A stretch of 44,390 nucleotides of DNA, from the NCBI GenBank assembly GCA_051942245.1, contig JAVECL010000143.1:1-44390 (forward strand), read 5' to 3'. The number at the start of each line of letters is the position of its first letter. Positions within the stretch are counted from its first letter, which is position 1. Positions 1-12,331 of the stretch are shown piece after piece. Source of the DNA: Trypethelium eluteriae. Lineage: Eukaryota. The translations under genes and the position numbers were made by a program. The notes beneath the pieces are model-generated. The model made no database searches. It saw nothing but the letters and a program-made list of their open reading frames with translations, and was not told the origin of the DNA.

Positions 1-112
1 GAGGAGGAGGAGGAGGAGAATTTGAGTGACGTCGAAAGATAGTATGCTTTCGTCTAAAGGGCTGAAACAGAGCATTTGACTGTGTTGTGTCTTTGGATAC
101 GCTTCCGCCCAT
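1..112 (-). CDS. 5' end of a hypothetical protein running off the window edge (MGGSVSKDTTQSNALFQPFRRKHTIFRRHSNSPPPPP...)
   Basis: Minus frame open from ~450 to the window edge. Its first ATG (112) begins MGGSVSK, an MGxxxS N-myristoylation-type start. The (GAG)n run at 1-18 encodes poly-Pro. Upstream exons cannot be excluded. Confidence 0.45.
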   Translation of the reverse strand, partial: MGGSVSKDTTQSNALFQPFRRKHTIFRRHSNSPPPPP

Positions 113-1846
113 GATCGGCAAGTCGACGGTACTGGAGGTAAGAGGCCCCTCGCTCACCGGCGAGAGATGAGGAAGCTCAGGCGGGTCTCTAGGGAGAGGC
201 TGGTTGTGGTATACTGGTGCTGTTTGTGGGAGAAGTGGAGAGTACCGTTTGGTGCTATCAACGTTTTCCAACTTTAGAGAGGGTGGCCTTGTGTTCCGAA
301 CGATAGAGCGCTGGCTTTTGGCAATGACGGATTGCAATTTTTTGCGTTTACCGGATGTCGGTGATATTGCGGGATGGCGGTAGCTTGCAGTCTCTGTGCA
401 AGGAAGGCAGTCAGTACCCGGCGTACCTGCAGTTTGTGCGAGAGAATGAAATTACACAAGTTCGGGTGTGACAATCGAACACCTAAAAATACGAAAACGT
501 CATCTGGCATAGCGAAGTTCAGTCAAATTCATGAGCTAATGGAACATTCACCAATGCTCATCGTGGCTTATCTTTCGCAGTAGAGATTTGAAGACGAGGG
601 AAATTACCTACGTTTCCCCATTGAACAAGGCCTTTGCAGTGTCTCAAATGCTTTCTCCCTCTCCAAGTAGACATTGTCTAGGGGCGAGAGCGAATCTCTC
701 GGCTCATCCTCCTCTTGCTCTTCTCCACCATGATCATACTTCCAAGAATCCCAATACTGCTCTCTCACACTAAGACTTTCCGGCGCATTCAACTGTCTTG
801 CTGGCACCGACCGAGCCTGCATCGTCGCGTAGAAATTCATGACTTTGCAAAAACGAACACAGAAATTCGCTGGACGGTGAGAAAGTAGCAGGAGACGAAA
901 GTTTTAGTAGGAGAGGCAGAGCACGTCATGATTCAGCAGAGCATATTGAATTTCGTTTATTTCTCGAAATCCAAGCAAGGCTTCCCAGTCCATGTTGGGA
1001 ATTTCTGGCCCCAACGTGTCTCAGCGGTAACGGCTTCATCCCTACAGTAGTTGCGCGGCGATAATGAGATGAAAGTGCAAGATCGATTCACGGGATCTGG
1101 TGGATGAAACATCCAGAGTCATGCCCTACCGGTCGGGTACAGATGAGACCTTCAGTCAATCCTCCGGAGCGACCGACCGCTCCCGCGTCTAACTGTACTG
1201 TCTGCAGCAGCTTTCACACTGTCGTGTCAGAATATAGGTAGCTACGAGGCTGTTGTCGCTCTTCTTGATCTGCCGTAGAATGGAAGACGAGGAACATGCG
1301 GGGACTGCTGAAAGGCGGAAGGAGCCGAAAGTCGAAACCGACGCAAGATTTGAAGGATCATCCTTTGAGTATACCGGAGGTACCAAGGATCCAACGTCAA
1401 GCATCCTGGAAACCATCCGCGTCCTTGGGACCACAAAAAACATCATAGGGTATATTGCCAGGGTTTTACCTGCTTCCTAAGTTTGTCGGTCAGCTATTCG
1501 GATCTCGTCGTCATATGTACAGTGATTCGGCACACAGCCGATGCCGTCTTGAGATGAAGCAAATAAAGCTCTTGAAATGGCGACCTCGAATGGTTCGGAT
1601 GCTCAGGCTAAATTTCGGACGGCCTTGTAGCATTGGAAAATGTGTCGTTGTCGTAGAAAAAAACCCTATAATACAAGCATGGGCAACCTCTAATTAGGCA
1701 GAGACCCAGGAGGATTTATGAAACAGCCTCCTTCTATATGAAAGTGAAAAGCGAGACGCCTTTTTTCCTGGGCGAGCTTATTTTTCTTCTTCGCAATTGC
1801 TGTCGTCACTGCACTAGCAATTCCGTTGCAAACAGCAAAGGCTAAA

Positions 1847-4302
1847 TTACCCAATCGCAAAACTCAACTCACTTGCCGCCGGATTCGGACTGTCTGATCC
1901 CATCGCTCCGCCCATACCTGACGTCCCAGGTCTGGAGTAACTCTGTCTCCTCGAAGCTCGGCCGTAAACCTCACTACGTGCTGGACTCCCCCTTCCAGTA
2001 CTGAAACTTTTCTCTCTCTCACGCCCGCCGATCACTGCCGCCACCGGGGGAGCCTGGCGAAACCGTCTCTTCATCATGCCCTCCTCTTTATCATCATCGA
2101 CCAGCACCACCATCCACACCCCGACTTGGCCATTATTCCCAATGAGAGGAGTGCAGTGGATCCAGCGGGCACGACCGGGGTTGTCCTCAGTCACGTCATC
2201 CGGACGGGCGATCCAGCGCACTTTCGCTGTGACGCCACGTCCAGTGGCCAGGGCAGCGGTGAGTTCGTCACGCACACGGGAAGAGCCGCCGACGCGATGA
2301 AGGAAGTGAGACTGGAGGATGCCGGGCACCCGAAGAGTGGGAGATGTGAATAAAATGCGAAGTGAGGGATAAGGTCTGACTAGGAGATACTGTCACATTT
2401 AAATCAGACAAAGTTTTGAGTTTTCGGTTGAAGTGGAGTCCTTACATTTTGATAGACGCCCTCGAGGCGTCCGTTCAATCTGGAGTTTGCCGATATATAT
2501 GATTTACCTGCCGTATTGATGTCTGGGCTCGGATCTTTGATGAGAAGCCGTGGCTGGTGCCAGGTCGCTGACTCAGACTCTGTGTCGTTTGTTTGTTCCT
2601 TATGCATACGACCTCCTGTTCTTCGAACGGTATCAAGTTCCGCAACGTTAAGCATTTCACTCAATTCTTCGAATTCATCTTTTTTGTTTTCTGGCTCCAT
2701 CTCGCCGCTTTGCTTCTTGAGGAGGCGTTGAAGACCTTCGAGGTCAGTGCATTCTTTCACCAGCCCACTAACATCGACTTGGGCGCCGATAAAGTATCGA
2801 ATTGTGCCGCGACTATCCAATAAAGGAGCAATCATGAGCAAGTTCATAAAGGGCGACCCGTCACGTCGACTGAAGAGTATTAGGGAGGTCTGGCAGTCTT
2901 GATGATGGATTTCTTACTAATTGACGAAGATCTCGCTATGCTCTTTACCACTCTTGACTGCCTGACTGAGGCGTGCAATAGCACACGGATCTGTCCTGGG
3001 GCCTTGGAGAAAGCGGCAATTGCGGCCAATGGCGTAGCTAACTCCATATTGTGTAGTACGGTGGAACTCTGCGTAGAGGTGAGACGTTTAACTCGAAGTA
3101 AGTGAAATGGATAGGGATGTATACCTTCGGAAGCAAAGACAATGGGATTGTCAGGTCTCGCAGGATCTGTCAGACAAAATGTTTCTGCCAGTCCCTCGGA
3201 TGCTTCACGTAGATGCGGCGCAAGTGTTCCTGTTATCCTTTTTTGAATGCTGACGCTAACGAGCTGAATCCAGGTATGAGCGATGTAGGCAGGCAGATCC
3301 TGTTTCACCATGTGCATAAATGCTTTTTCGGCTTTGTCTTCCAGGACCGAATTAACGGTTGGTCGAGCTGGATGCTCGGTGAATTCGAAGTCATTGATAG
3401 GTTCAAGAGCTTCCGAAACGGCGTTGGCGTAGTTGATTGCTCTGATAGCTTTGATTGCGTCGAGGTAATATATCAAAAGGGGCACTGATTGCTGGCGGTT
3501 TTGACTGAGAAACGATGTGAATTTCATTAGAAGAGTTGGGTCGGCAAAGATGCTTTCTAAGTGTTCCCTCGAAAACATCTGTATCGCTCTCCCTTCAAGC
3601 GAAAATACATTGGGAGCTATATCAGGGGGCGCAAGAAGCTCGAAAGACTTAGGGTCGTCTTCTGCCACGGGTTCAAGGAGATCTGCATCATCAGGCGGGC
3701 CCTTCGTTTGCAACGCTGGTAACGGAGGCATTGACGATGCTTCCGTCTCGTAGGACATTACAGACTCGGCCGAACTTCTTTCGCGTTCTGGAGTGGTTGG
3801 AACAGATGAGCTTCGATCGCGAGTTAGGTGCCTTTTAACCCTATTACTACTGCTGTCCTTTCGAATTAGCCAGACAATCCTCCAGTGAGCAATAAAAAGC
3901 CTACCTGGTTCGTGACGGTATGTGCATCCCGCGGCGTGTGAAGTCCGGAGGTGGCGGCGCAGTCTCGTCATCAGGAGATGATACAGCTTCAAAGTCCGGA
4001 GACGTAGGCATGGCGTTGTTGTCTACGGGCGAAGCATCCCTTGCTGGCACTGACTTCCACTTTGTGGTGTTGGCAGTTCTGGTGTCTTGAAAATCTCTAA
4101 TTCGTGGCTCGCCAATCTCTTTTGCTCCGTCCGCACCGGTCTGTGGCACTCGTAAACTCGTTTCTTGCGACATGGCGGGTGGGCGCTTATCAGTAGGAAG
4201 GCGATTGTCGTCTTTCAGACCGGTTCTTGAGGCTCGTTCTGCAAGTCGCGATCGAGGTAACTGGTATTGTGCAGCAGAGCTGTGAGCTTTGGATCCAGCC
4301 AT
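1847..4302 (-). CDS. RGS-LOV blue-light photoreceptor (RGS-like domain, LOV domain, C-terminal PAS-like/DUF domain); 5 exons
   Basis: Exons 4302-3905, 3852-3125, 3068-2918, 2869-2446, 2389-1847 join in frame across GT..AG introns. The spliced LOV domain reads FCLTDPARPDNPIVFASEEFHRTTQYGVSYAIGRNCRFLQG...NYRRDGSPFMNLLMIAPL...YFIGAQ, with the photoactive Cys and the conserved Gln intact. Upstream helical region (HLESIFADPTLLMKFTSFL...LIYYLDAIKAIRAI) and downstream YLLVRPYPSLRILF...WIHCTPL fit the fungal RGS-LOV architecture. Confidence 0.9.
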
Positions 4303-6434
4303 GTTAGCAATGTGGACGATGAGGAACAGAACAAGTGAACAGGACGGCACAAAGCCTTTTGAGTAACTAGAGACTGTATGAACGCAAGGGCAGACCCGGA
4401 GTGACGACGATGATGCAACTGACAACAAGCTAGAGTTTACCGTACCAACAAATGCTTTTTCGGCCTATTCGGCATGGCGCATTAGTCTATACCGTATCAA
4501 ACAGCTTGCCGACTCCTTGGGCGCTATTCGAAGCGGTGGAAACGCCTCAATCGAGAAGCAGCTCGGTGGCTGGACGCTCGTGTTTAGGCAAATAGCTTAT
4601 GTGGTCTACAAGATAGTCAGTTATTACCTAGGGTCGCTGACGTGCGACCCGATTCAGAAGGGTAGACAGGATTTCAACAGCCAGCTCGGGGGAACTGAGG
4701 GAGGCGTGTGAAGATCAGTGGCTTGGTGTCTCGCCTAGTAGAGCTTAGACCCGGGAGTTAACCACGATTCTTTTGACGCCTCGGTGCCTCGATGCCGCAT
4801 TCGATCATCAACTTCACCGATCCCATGGCGTTCCAATGCCACGACTTGACTGGCTTGGACGACGAGCGTGAAATGGCTGATAACGTAGCGCATCTTCCCT
4901 TGTCCAAAATGCGGAAACGCCTCATTCTCGATGGCAACTTCGCGCAACCCAGTTCCATTGGTTTTCATCGATTTGACCATGAATCGTTGGAGATGACCGC
5001 CAAAGCCTCACCTACCCTCTTCCATTGAGGACATCCGTTTTGGTCGTTGTGGTGGTCAGCTCCCCTGAGCGATCGCTGCTAGGATCATTACCCTGTACGA
5101 AGGCTTCTAGTCTCATCGGAGCTGCAGTACGAGATCTCGGGAGCATTTCTATGGACCGATCTCTGGGGTACGTGACACTCAGGGGCTTGCTCACGTTCTG
5201 CGATTCCCCATGCTTGCTCACGGCTTACCATTTGATGATTTATGAGCTTCTTTACAAGTGTAACAGAGAATGTGTTACCCTTGTTCACCCCTTGGACCGG
5301 AGACACGTCCGAAAGAACAACACTAGTAATTCCGGGGCTTCAATTCGTTTTGGTGCTGGCTCTCTTGACCACGCACCATCTGAAAATGGGATCGGCGCAT
5401 AATAAGGTTTTTGTAATTCATCCAATATTCCTTCGTCTAGGGTTTTTTACACTCGGCTAGTCAATTTGCGTGCTCTTCCTACTTTAGACTCGGGCCTTTA
5501 GTGGATATCACTAATCTTATGACGTCACTAGATCTCCCCAGCTTTCTGTCAAGTTCGCATAGGGGATAGTTCGATGTGCCTGCGAAAACACAGACCCTCA
5601 ATAACACAGCATGAGAAAGATTTGCACTCAAATCAGATCGTTCCACAGCTGACGCCGAGCAATTGAAGGAATTGGCGCGAATTGAGTTGTCGCTCAGGCA
5701 ACCGGAGCCTGTCGCAACACGCTCAGAGGACCGCATCTCACTCCTAGCAGAGACAAGAGAAGCGAGCTGGTTTCTGACTTTGACCACCTCGACCAAACCA
5801 CCTTTCTACCGACACAATTCTCCTTTGTGCATAAGGTAGAGGACCTTAATCATGCGAGAAAGGCCGACGGACAGAACTTCTTACCTCGTTTGGCTTGACG
5901 TCTGAGGCATTCTCCAGAATTCGATGTCTAAAGGGCTACCGATGGAGTCCTTAATGATGAAGTTAAGCGAATCGCGTCATGTATTGAAGGTGCTTATCCG
6001 AGAAATACCGCATCCGGAAACGACATGCAGCCGCACGACACTTGTCACCAGGTATTAGCGTTGATGTGGGGTGCTGATGCTATGATGAATATCCCCGCCG
6101 GTTGCCATATCATAAGTAGATGATTGAGGAGCAGCAAGATTCTTGGGACGGACAGCAGTTGATAATATGGACTGATCGGATAGGTGGGGATCCATTCTTA
6201 TTTCCAGTACGACGTCGTCGATGCTATCGTGTTGTTCTTTTGATCTTGTTATTCCGTTTCGCGCAAACCGCGCGATACCATTTTGGTTGGACTGGTCTTC
6301 CTGCAATCGCGCTTCCCGCTAATAAAGTCTAAATTCCTGGCCTGCATTTCGGACTTCAGGAAGGGACATTTTCAATCCAGATAAGTTCGAGCATCTCTTA
6401 TTGTTGAAGATTTCTTAATTCTCTATTCAATCTC

Positions 6435-7192
6435 TCACACTTCCTGCGAACCGTCTGCAGAATGTGTCTTCGTCAATGCAGGCGCATCCATCTCTTGAGA
6501 TAGAGAGACAGGCTCCAGGGGCACAGGTCCAGGACCAGCAGGAGCAAACCAAAAGACCGGATACTGTCTTTGCACATTATTGACCACCAGGCCAACCACC
6601 AATGCCACGGTCGAGGACAGCAATACAATAGGAAGGAAATACCAAGACAGATCCCAGACCTGATCGTCGACGGCGGGAAGAAGAGCAGTCGCGCCAGCCG
6701 GGGGATGCACCGTCTTCGTCATCTGCATAACAACGATGGAAATCGACGTGGACAGTGATGCACTCAGCCACCGCAGCGACTGGAACTGTGACTCGGGAGG
6801 TATCAAGCTGAATAATTTGGTCACGCATATACCAATGAGAGCGCTAAGGAAGTGTCCACCGACAAGGGCGCGCGGCTGGGAAAGTGGTGCGTCTGGAACC
6901 CCATAAACTAGAACCGCGGAAGCGCCCTGTGTAAGAGGGTTAGAAGGAGATTCAGTCTGGCGGATTGGCTGAAGCTGACGTAAGAGGGCAAAATGAGGGG
7001 AACATTGCGAGCCTGAAAGTATGACGAATACTTGAAGATCACTTGAATTGTCGACAGGCCACAGAAAGCTCCGAGGAAGGACCATAGGTAAACGAGGTAG
7101 GGAGGGAGCGTTGACGGAGGGTTGGAACGGTGCCCTAACCAGCGGCTGGCCCAGGGAGGCAAACAAGCAAGGCAATTCGTGACTTGCGGCAT
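6435..7192 (-). CDS. HPP family transmembrane protein; 2 exons
   Basis: Exons 7192-6980 and 6926-6435; intron 6979-6927 (GTCAGC...CTAAC...ACAG). The spliced protein has PSYGASAVLVYGVPDAPLSQPRALVGGH and VHPPAGATAL, plus several hydrophobic helices. Confidence 0.88.
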
Positions 7193-7640
7193 GCTGATGA
7201 AGCAGCAAAGAAAACAGGCAAGAGCACTGCCAAGACCAAAATACTGCTCCTTTGCACGCGGAGAGAAAGTTGGAGAGCTTGGAATGAAGAAGATAGCATT
7301 ACCAAAATGACAGAAAGTATATGGATATCTGTTACTTATGAGGAATCAAATAGCTTGAGGTCCAACAGTGCTCTTGCCGATCCGGGCTACTCCATTGCGG
7401 TGTAATTTGGAGTGATTTCGCCCTCTTGGGAAAATTACAGTTTTTCCTAACAGGTACGCAAGGCAGGACCGTATTGATCGCATGTACCGACGCGATTTTA
7501 CCAGTTGAATTACCAGGTGATTTAGAACAGTGGCTATCTCCAAGGCTACTCAAGGCCGATCGAAAATATTCGCAGCTCGAAAAGGCGCAATGTGGGCTCA
7601 TTACGGTAAGACGCAATGATACGGCGTAAATTACCTAGTG

Positions 7641-7665
7641 GACGTAAATACGTCTAATTACGTAA
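7641..7665. promoter_or_regulatory. Cluster of ACGT-core inverted repeats upstream of the HPP gene, including TTACGTAA (bZIP-type site)
   Basis: GACGTA-AA-TACGTC at 7641-7654 and palindrome TTACGTAA at 7658-7665, ~450 nt upstream of the HPP ATG. Function is inferred only. Confidence 0.3.
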
Positions 7666-8880
7666 CGTATTGTGAGGGACCCAACGCCGTGGAAGGTCAT
7701 TGGCAGAATGTCAAGCTTCTACTTTGTCATAGCCTCTACTTGAGATGAACCGGCTCTCGCTCCACACGTTAGATGACTTTGGATTCCAAATCAGCAGGTT
7801 CGCCTTCAGTCGTCTAGATGCTAATGAACATCCTAACGGAAAGGAGTACGTTCAGGACGCAAAGGGCGCAGCAAAGGTGTCTCTGAAGGAATGTGACATG
7901 GATGTCGGTAGTCCTTGGTCTCTTGCTCAATGCTTCCAGAATTTTCTTACTCCGTACAACGTAAAGTTCAGATTTTCTGTTCACTGTGATCCAAGGTCAT
8001 TTCAAGGGGTTCCTCAATGGTCCCATTTCCATCGGGTACTCCACATTCGGTTCCTCAACGCATATATCACCGGAAAAGTCCTGTAGCTGTCGATTGCCGT
8101 GCCTCGCTTTGGGTCCTTTGTTCGTAGTCAACACGCAAAATTCAGTGGTAGCCAAAGCTGTATACGTAGGGCGACTTTTTCCGACCTGAGTAATGCATGC
8201 GGGGCAGGTTGCTGCGGAAGTCGGTGATAGGTGGCAAGGTCAGTATCTGAAAGAACAATCTGACTCTGGTGCAGTGTGTTTGGGGTCCCGATTACCGAAG
8301 TACGACTGTGAAGGAGGATCTTCGATCGAGTAATCGAAGCCTCAAAGTTGCTACTCTGCCATCATGCAGAATAACAATTCGGTAGATTCGTTTATAGGTC
8401 GATGCTGTCAGCATCCTTACCTACTACTGCACCCATTTCTCTTCTTTTCTCTTGGAAAAAGGAGGACAAGACGGAATGTGCGTCTCCAAACCATTAGTTA
8501 GGTATTGATTGATCGTATCACAAGGAAACATAGTGACCTTACAAAGGTCGATAAGGACACAGATTGGGTATTGTAGGCAAACCTTCAGGACTTGTTTAAA
8601 GCGCGAATAGAAGAAGGTACGCTACTTCGCCAATTGCCTCGGCCACCTCCACTTCAAATTACAGGATTTTCACAGAACAGGTCTCTAAAGGCAGCGTTCA
8701 GCAAGGACAGTATGAGCACTCAGAAAAAGTTTCATAACTGTGCCATCTAGACCTCTAATTACTCCTATTTGTCGTGCCCCTATACTCCCTCTGAACTTCT
8801 GCCTTTGGCGCTGACCCAGATCCAGGCACCTTATCGCGTATGTTTGACCCGACTAAACCGACATGTATCAGGCCAAAAGA

Positions 8881-9824
8881 TTAACCATCACTCGTTCTTA
8901 TTTGATCTCCATGGAGCTCTTGTGGCTCACGAGGACGCTCGGGCGCTTCCGCTGATTTTTGGTTGTCATGACGAGGCATCTCGTTTACATACATAGAAGA
9001 ATCAGGAGAAAGGACCGAGGTGGGATTTTTTTGTGCGGTTTCGCCCTTCCCTTCGATATTTCCACTTCTTCGGCGTCGTGAGAGGCAGAAATAAATGCTG
9101 CAGACAGCAACAATTATCACTCCAATGGCCGTACCGATTGCAATACCCGCAATGGCACCCGATGAAAGGCCACCATTCGATCGTGAAGTAGGAGCAGAGG
9201 GCGCTGGAGAACCTGGAGCTGAAGATTGACTCGCCGATAAAGTGGCTGATGTAGCATGCGACGTTGTAGAGCTACTGATCGATGTGGCAGTATTCGATGA
9301 CCACGTTGCCAAAGGGGTGCTGTCTCCTCGAAGCGGAACGACATAATATTCCTGTAAGTCTTCTGGGGCTGGAGCATCAAATGCGTAATCCGTTGGACTT
9401 TGGCAAGTAGGCTCTCCGCGCGAGTTGATCCCACAACAATTCCACAGTTGAGATGTTCGGTTGTAGACTGCATCAGGATGGTGTACATTTTGAGCTGCAT
9501 GGCCAAAAAGTTAGAACGGGTTTCCCTGTTTTGCTTCTGGAGAGCATTCTACTGAAAAGACCTACTGCAACGACCATAGCATGCAGGACCATACTGTGCA
9601 TCTGTGCATCCAGCGACCTGCCAGCCGCTTCCACCAGGGACTGAGTTTTCATAGTGGCAAAACCCATTCGTGTAGCATTGAGTCCCTCGTGTACAACAGG
9701 GGACTACAGGTACAGATTTGTTGACCGGACCACACGGCTCGTAGTTGAACCATTGAGTGGCGTTGAATGTAATGGTATCTTGGAAATAGCATGTTATGGT
9801 GTTATTGTCGTTGATTTCGGTCAT
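8881..9824 (-). CDS. Single-pass membrane protein: Cys-rich N-terminal domain, Ser/Thr stalk, TM helix (Mid2/Wsc-like topology); 2 exons
   Basis: Exons 9824-9566 and 9494-8881; intron 9565-9495 (GTAGGT...CTAAC...GCAG) restores the frame. About 11 Cys in the N-terminal domain, an S/T-rich stretch, TM GAIAGIAIGTAIGVIIVAVCSIYFCL followed by RRRR, and a PQELHG tail. Confidence 0.8.
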
Positions 9825-10798
9825 GGGAAGAAATTTAAGACTATGTCAATTTGGGGCGCTAGGAGATGGTATAGAGAGCGATGATAATCTGAAGAAAGAC
9901 CGACTCAGATGCTCATTGGTTCACGAGAGGTCAAAGAGTAGAGTAGCCTTGTTAGTGGAGCAGATTCAAGACACTTTACTAACAAGCGGGTGAGCGTCAA
10001 AAGATTTGATTTGCGGTGCCCTGAAACTAGTTGCACCGTTCGATGCATTTGTACGGCACAGCAGCAAGTGAATACATTGGTGTCGACGAGCCTGCCACAA
10101 ATTAGGTGTGCTGAGAATAAAGGTTTGATACTCAGGTTGAGTTCATTCGTGGAACCAGTGTGCCTCATTCTATCTGGTGTCCTACATTTTTGTTCTGGAG
10201 ATCACAGGGTTTGATAAGGTGAGTAAGATGGAGGGCGTACGTGCCGAGCCTTGATACCTAGTATGGCAACTAGGGTACCTCTAGGCTGCCGTGGAGTCCC
10301 ACTTTTGTCGCCCAAAAGACCTGCAAAACACTCGATTCTCATCACATTTCCAGCATGCCTGCTTGCCGGCTCGTTCCGTTCTGTGCCTCTTGAACCTCCA
10401 CGAAAGTGAGAAGTTCGATTCGCTCATTCCTAGACAACGCGTTCGGTCTTGCTGTGTAAAGAGTAGCAACCAAGCACACTTCATACGAGCTTCATACGAC
10501 TTTCTTAGCAGCAGAATCCTCCATAGACTGTCTAGTGATTTTGGCTTATTGGCGAACGACCCTAGATAGAGCAGGTAAGGTAGACAACAGACGCGGTCAC
10601 TTGGAACGCGCGTGCGTGCGGCTAAGTTGAGGCAGGGGCCAGGGGTCCACTTTACGCGCACCCAGTGAGCTATCTTTTGCCTTCTGGCCTTCCAGGTCAA
10701 TAAGGTGAATAACCAGCTGTTTCAATCGTGCTCATTAGTCTTCGTTTCCTATGCAAGTCCTGCCACATTCGTTCGTTTGATTCCCCAAAGACGCGAAA

Positions 10799-12331
10799 AT
10801 GCCCTTCTCTCCACTGCATGGCTCTTTTTTGCGAAATATGGTCGCTTTGGGTATTCTGTTTTTGATACTCACCCTGTTCACCCATCTTAGAAGCATAGGA
10901 TCCATATCGGAAATCAATCGAATCTCCCATGCAATAATTTCATCTTCTGCTTCCCTGCGCTCAACACCAATAGCATCGAATGGTGGCGATCTTGACAGGC
11001 ATCAAGCTGACTTACCTAACCCAACGACTACTCAGAAGCAAAGCCTACCTCTTCCCAGTGACTATACCTTCACGAACGACGTGGGATGGTGTGAACGCTT
11101 TATGGGAGTCGAATACCTCTATAGTTTTCGCGACCACCATAACCCATACTGCTATTCGGGTGCTTCACAACTCGAGTGTTTCCAAATAGATTTTGGAGAC
11201 GGGAAACTTCAAGACCCCTTCTGTGTCGCCGATGGTATTCATTTGAACAAGGAGAAGTACTTCGAGCTGTCGTGTGATCTAAGGGACGAGTCAAAACGAG
11301 AAATCGCAGCATTTCCCAAATTCATGTTCGGTACTGGAACGAAGATAATTCTGGATACACATTTCAGGATAGACAATAGCATTGCGAAGAAAAGCGCAGT
11401 TGAAAGTCTGAAGTGCGGCTCCAGAAACAAGAAACATGGACAAAGGAAAACTGCAATATTATTCAAACGCGACGGTGGAGCAAACATGTGGCATTCATTG
11501 ATGGAAGTGTTCTCATACTACCTCTCGATGGATATCCTATCGATGACTAAAGATGACCAAGGCATACCATTCTTCCACAGGAACGACATGGAAGATCTGC
11601 AGGTTATTTGGGTTGATGACAAGGGACCAGGGCCATACGCTGAGATGTGAGAGTTTTTCAGTACGCCGGAGAAGCGGTCTTTACATCTCGCGGACCCCAT
11701 CGAATTTAGTGAATGCTACGATCGGGTGATCATTCCGAATCCTGGGGCAAGCAATCCTCTTTGGCAAGGCGACTGGGAACCCCGAAGGTGCACTAACTCG
11801 ACCCTGCTCGAGACCTTCCGAAGACGGATTTACAGACAATTTGGAGTTGCTGAAGCTGATCTGGAACCCAAGCCCGAGGATGGACTCACCGTCACGCTTA
11901 TTGACCGGCGGCAAACGCGGCATCTCGATAACCAAGACCATTACATCAAGAAGCTGCAGGAGCGCTTTCCCAAGCTTCATATCCAGACTCTAGATCTGTG
12001 GGCTATCTCATTTGAAGAACAGTTGCGAATTCTGAGATCCACCAACATCCTTGTTGGAACTCATGGTGCCGGTCTCACCGGCACTATATTTATTCCGCCG
12101 CGATCGAATGTGGTTGAAATTCTTCCACCCAACTTCTGGCATAAAGGTTTCCGTAATCTTGCTCAACTACGTGGACATCGTTACTTCTCCGCGCATGCAG
12201 AGGAGCGCCCAGGAAGTGACGATTGGAAGGGCTCGTCATTGTTCATCGAGGAAGACAGATTTATGGAGATCATGAATATAGCCGTCAAGAGCTTGTATAA
12301 TACCGGTCACCTAAACGAGGACGTTAATTGA
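10799..12331 (+). CDS. Glycosyltransferase family 61 (EOGT-like, type II membrane), interrupted by a single in-frame TGA at 11648-11650
   Basis: N-terminal TM anchor; KRDGGANMWHSLME; IIPNPGASNPLWQGDW; LIDRRQTR; FEEQLRILRSTNILVGTHGAGLT; HKGFRNLA. ORFs 10799-11650 and 11726-12331 share a frame and the linker between them is open. May be a recent pseudogene. Confidence 0.8.

Noticed and set aside
604..1697. Short ORFs such as 604-840 (-) and 1253-1480 (+)
   Set aside because: No recognisable motifs, and I could not splice them into a consistent gene model.
4430..6430. Several 60-125 aa ORFs and coding-like stretches upstream of the RGS-LOV gene
   Set aside because: Interrupted by stops in all frames examined, with no recognisable family. 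Possibly decayed sequence, but unsupported.
7700..8400. ORFs 7745-8086 and 7986-8189 and minus-strand coding-like pieces
   Set aside because: No identifiable domain or consistent exon structure.
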